DNA of 64,000 nt from the human T2T-CHM13v2.0 reference genome, Homo sapiens, in the NCBI RefSeq assembly GCF_009914755.1, contig NC_060929.1. The stretch is one strand, 5' to 3'. Positions 60,201 through 64,000 of this stretch are shown one piece after another. The position numbers were made by a program, and so were the translations under genes. Each line of letters starts with the position of its first letter. Position 1 is the stretch's first letter. Below the pieces are notes generated by a model. It made no database searches. It was not told the DNA's origin and worked only from the letters and a program-made list of their open reading frames with translations.

Positions 60201-62155
60201 TGTCTTTCTTTCTAGTGTCTCTCTGCAACTTAGGAGCTGCTAGGCTGAAATGTGACTAATCCTTGTTCTACTCCCAGAGTTGGTGGAGACATAATGATGG
60301 GCCTGGCACTGTCAATGGCATCAGGGGGAAGCTGCCAGGCTGAGGGCACCTGCGCAGTTACATCTCCATCAGACCCCACTGGCTAATATTTTCTACTCCA
60401 ATGCACTTGACTCAATGTAGTTCTCACAACTCCTACTTAGAACCGATTTTGGAGGGACTATGTCTCACCCTGACCGATACTCCCTAAAGACCAGATAATT
60501 GCAGGATGAATTGAGAATAGCCCTCTATTCAATCTGCAAATATTTAACAAACACCTACAATGTGTAAAACACTGAAGGGCCCCAGGACTGAAGGTGGTGC
60601 AAAGCAGCTGTTGTAGTAGCTGGAAAGGGGAACACATTCATGAAAAATGCTTGTTCTCTGCAAACTGTGCCCAGAGTTTGGCACTCAACAGACATTCTTA
60701 AAAGGACACAACAACTTGGCATGATCCTTATGATTCGTGTTTTCCAGAGAAGAGAACTGAACTTTAGGGAGATTCAGGAACTTACCGAAGGTCACATAGG
60801 AAATGAACCTATATCTACCTTATTCCAAAGCCTCTGCATTTCATGACACTGCGTTTCTTCCCATCAGGCCTGGTTGACTTGGCTTTAGTGTCTGTGGTCA
60901 AAGCATGCCAGTTTTCAGACATTATTTCTCCTCTCTGGCCTCCTTCTGCCCTTTTAGAGTTGGCCACAATCTCTTTCTTCCCAACCAACACATGGCCCAG
61001 ATATTGAATTTATGCTCCTTTAGTGGGGGCAGCTGGCATTTGAAGCTGTCTCTGCTGAGAGCCTTACTTAAAATGTCTCTTCTTGTCACCAGGCTTTGGG
61101 AGAAAAATAAGCACCCCCTTCCCAGTCCCTAATTCGGATGATCCCGGCTCACTGACGTCAACACCAGAAGCTCTGAGAAGTTCACCCACATTAGCACCAG
61201 GATTGGAAATCAAAGGTAGCTATTTTTGGATCCAACTTCAATCGCTTTCCGTTGGAACCCCCCAGGGCCAAGAAAGCAAATAATTTAATATGATTAGATT
61301 GAAACAATCCCAGAAATTGGTCTCTTTATACACCTTGGTGCCATTTTTGACAAGGGTATGAGAGTAATGAAAATAAATGGGCTTGGCCAAGTGGGTGTGA
61401 AGTGTTCCATTGACTCAGGCCTGCAGTGCCAACCCAGGGCCAGGGATAAAGACTCCTTGTTGAAAAGGAACAGCAGGAAAATCCTGACTATGCAGGAATG
61501 AAAGCCCACGTCACACCCCAGGTCTCCTCTGACCTGCTTTGGATCTCATTTGGGCACAGAGGCCTGGAATCTGGTGGAGCTGCCCCTTAAGTCTCTTTAA
61601 TAGGTGTCCTCGCCACTTGGCAGATATTTTCCTGTTCTTCTGCCCTCAGTGATTGTATCCCCGCTGACCACTGAGATCGCTGCTGACCTCCCTCTTCCAT
61701 TCTCTCCCCGCAGGGTCACTGGGTGCCTGGGGGCCTTGGAAAGGTTCAGAAGGGATCCCTCTTTTTCAGTTCCCCTGCAACAGCCACAGGTCTCAGCCCC
61801 ATGTCTGGGGTCCAGAGACTGCCTGATGTTCTCATCTCTGCCTTCGATTTTTCTTCCTTTCAATCCATACCTCCCCAAGGAACCCACCTTCCCCCGCTAC
61901 TGAAGGCCAAGCACTTTCATCAGTGACTCTGTTTACTCAATCCAGGAGAGGGATACGGCCCGGGGTTGGGAGTCCTTCGGCTTTGAAACCACATGGAGAC
62001 CCCCTTCCCCTATATCAGGCCTGGGTCTGTCATCCTCCAGCCCCTGTCTCCCTGTACTAGAACCTGAACTTGGCACTTAACGACTCTCTTCTAGTTTCCC
62101 AAATGTGCCATACCTTTGCTCGGACAATTCTTCTTTTGTTTTGGCAGGTGTTTTA

Positions 62156-62474
<319 letters not shown>

Positions 62475-64000
62475 CGCAGTAACGCCATTAGGAATAATAT
62501 TAAAACTTCCCATATCACATAACATTTTGTATTTACTTCCACTCATTTCCTTGAAAGAAATAAAATTAGAGAAAAAACTAAATTCCCCTTAACCATCTAC
62601 CACCCATTTCAATCTCTTCCTTCCAAGAAACAAAGAACATTCTTCCAATTCATTTTCTTAAACTTTTACATACATGTGTATTAAAAAAAATCCATTACTG
62701 GCTACATGTCTATGCAAATAGCATTTTTGTAATGTGCAATAATGAAGCCATATGCATGCCTATCATCTGAGAGGTAAGATGCAAAAGGGTAGACAGAGAG
62801 GTGAGGACGTTTTCCTCCCACCGCCACATCCAGGGTCCCAGTTAGCCTTTCCAGGGACAGCCACTGCTCCAAGACCATCTATCTGTCTGGCACTTGCATT
62901 TGCCTGGATTCCTAAGCCTCCTTAGAACTAACTGCCTGGTTTGTCCTGCCCCCTGTAAATTTCCTTCATCCTCAGCTGAGTCCCTCAGACCCTCCTGTGT
63001 GTCCACCCCGTGCCCTGTGCCCCTCACAGGTTTCCCTCCAGCTCCTATCATGCTGACTCAGCCCCACCCCGGCCTGGCTGGGTGAGGGGCTGATATCTGA
63101 ATGCAGTCTAGAAAGCGAGGCCTTTTCCCAGCCAGCCTGCGCACCTCCTGGGCCCTCCCATGCCTCGAACAGAGCCGCTTCTGACACTGGCTTTGAAACC
63201 CCTTTGCCAAAAGCCTTTCATTAGTCCTAGCAAATTGCTTTGCCGAGACGTTCCCAGAGTATGTCTCAAACCCAAATGGCGTATGTCTGTATTTGTGCCT
63301 TTATTAAATCTAGATCAAAGATTAGTTTAATCCAGGCAAAGTTTTTGAGCTCACCTTAGAGCAAGTAAAGAAATCATTTTTGAGAAATTTGTTTGTGCGA
63401 CCACTGCCACTATCACTCAGGAACAAACAGGCAGATTTCTGTAGGGAGTGTATGGGAAGTCTTTGCTGGAGGCAGGACTTCTGGTGTGAAAGTACCTAGG
63501 AGAACTTGTGAGGGTAGACCCCGACCCCTGACCCCAGCCTCCCAAGTTGTTTTGAATCTTAAGAGAGAGAGAAAGAAAAATATTGATTTTCTACTTTAGT
63601 TCCCAAAGAGAAAAGAATATACTATGATATTAGATTTTCTAGAGCATAACTTTTTAGTATTGCCAAGTTATTCCTTTGTTAATGAAAATTGTTACTCAAT
63701 TTGGTGCAGCAAACTTTTAATGAGCATTTACTATGTGCCAGACACTGTGACAGATTTTTTCATCTAGTCCCCCTAATTATTATTATTGCTAGAAACCGAC
63801 TGTTATAGTCAGTGGAGTCTAGACCAATCACTTCTTGTCTGTGACTGTTCACTTCCTCACCCAGGGATAAAGAGTGAAGGGCGTCACTTAATTGGTCCAA
63901 CCCAGCCTTGTTCTCCCTACTGGTAATGGCTCCTTAACTTTTCCTTCTGGACACTCTCTTGCCCATCCGCAGTTATATGGTTTGGGTTTTAAGGATGCCC

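Overview
Human (or close primate) non-coding genomic DNA, intergenic or deep intronic. I find no intact protein-coding exon; nearly all long ORFs in the track are read-through of Alu, L1 or low-complexity sequence. The one gene-derived feature is a full-length HIGD1A processed pseudogene (23789-25548, +). It has a 16-bp target-site duplication (TSD), a poly(A) tail, a lost start codon, an in-frame stop, a frameshift, and two Alus inserted in its 3'UTR. The rest is mostly repeats: about 39 Alu elements or fragments, MIR, L2, old L1, MaLR LTRs, a solo LTR12/ERV9-type LTR, and hAT and Tigger MITEs, including a 4.9-kb multi-layer nested stack. Repeat-free islands carry clustered TCF/LEF, GGCGCC (Smad1/5-type) and homeodomain motifs that look like developmental enhancers. 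I see no convincing new biological system. The best leads are the candidate Wnt/BMP enhancers, a near-perfect 108-bp tandem duplication, an RFC1-like compound pentanucleotide Alu tail, and several chimeric Alus. Repeat family and subfamily names come from recalled consensus sequences, and boundaries of old repeats are approximate.
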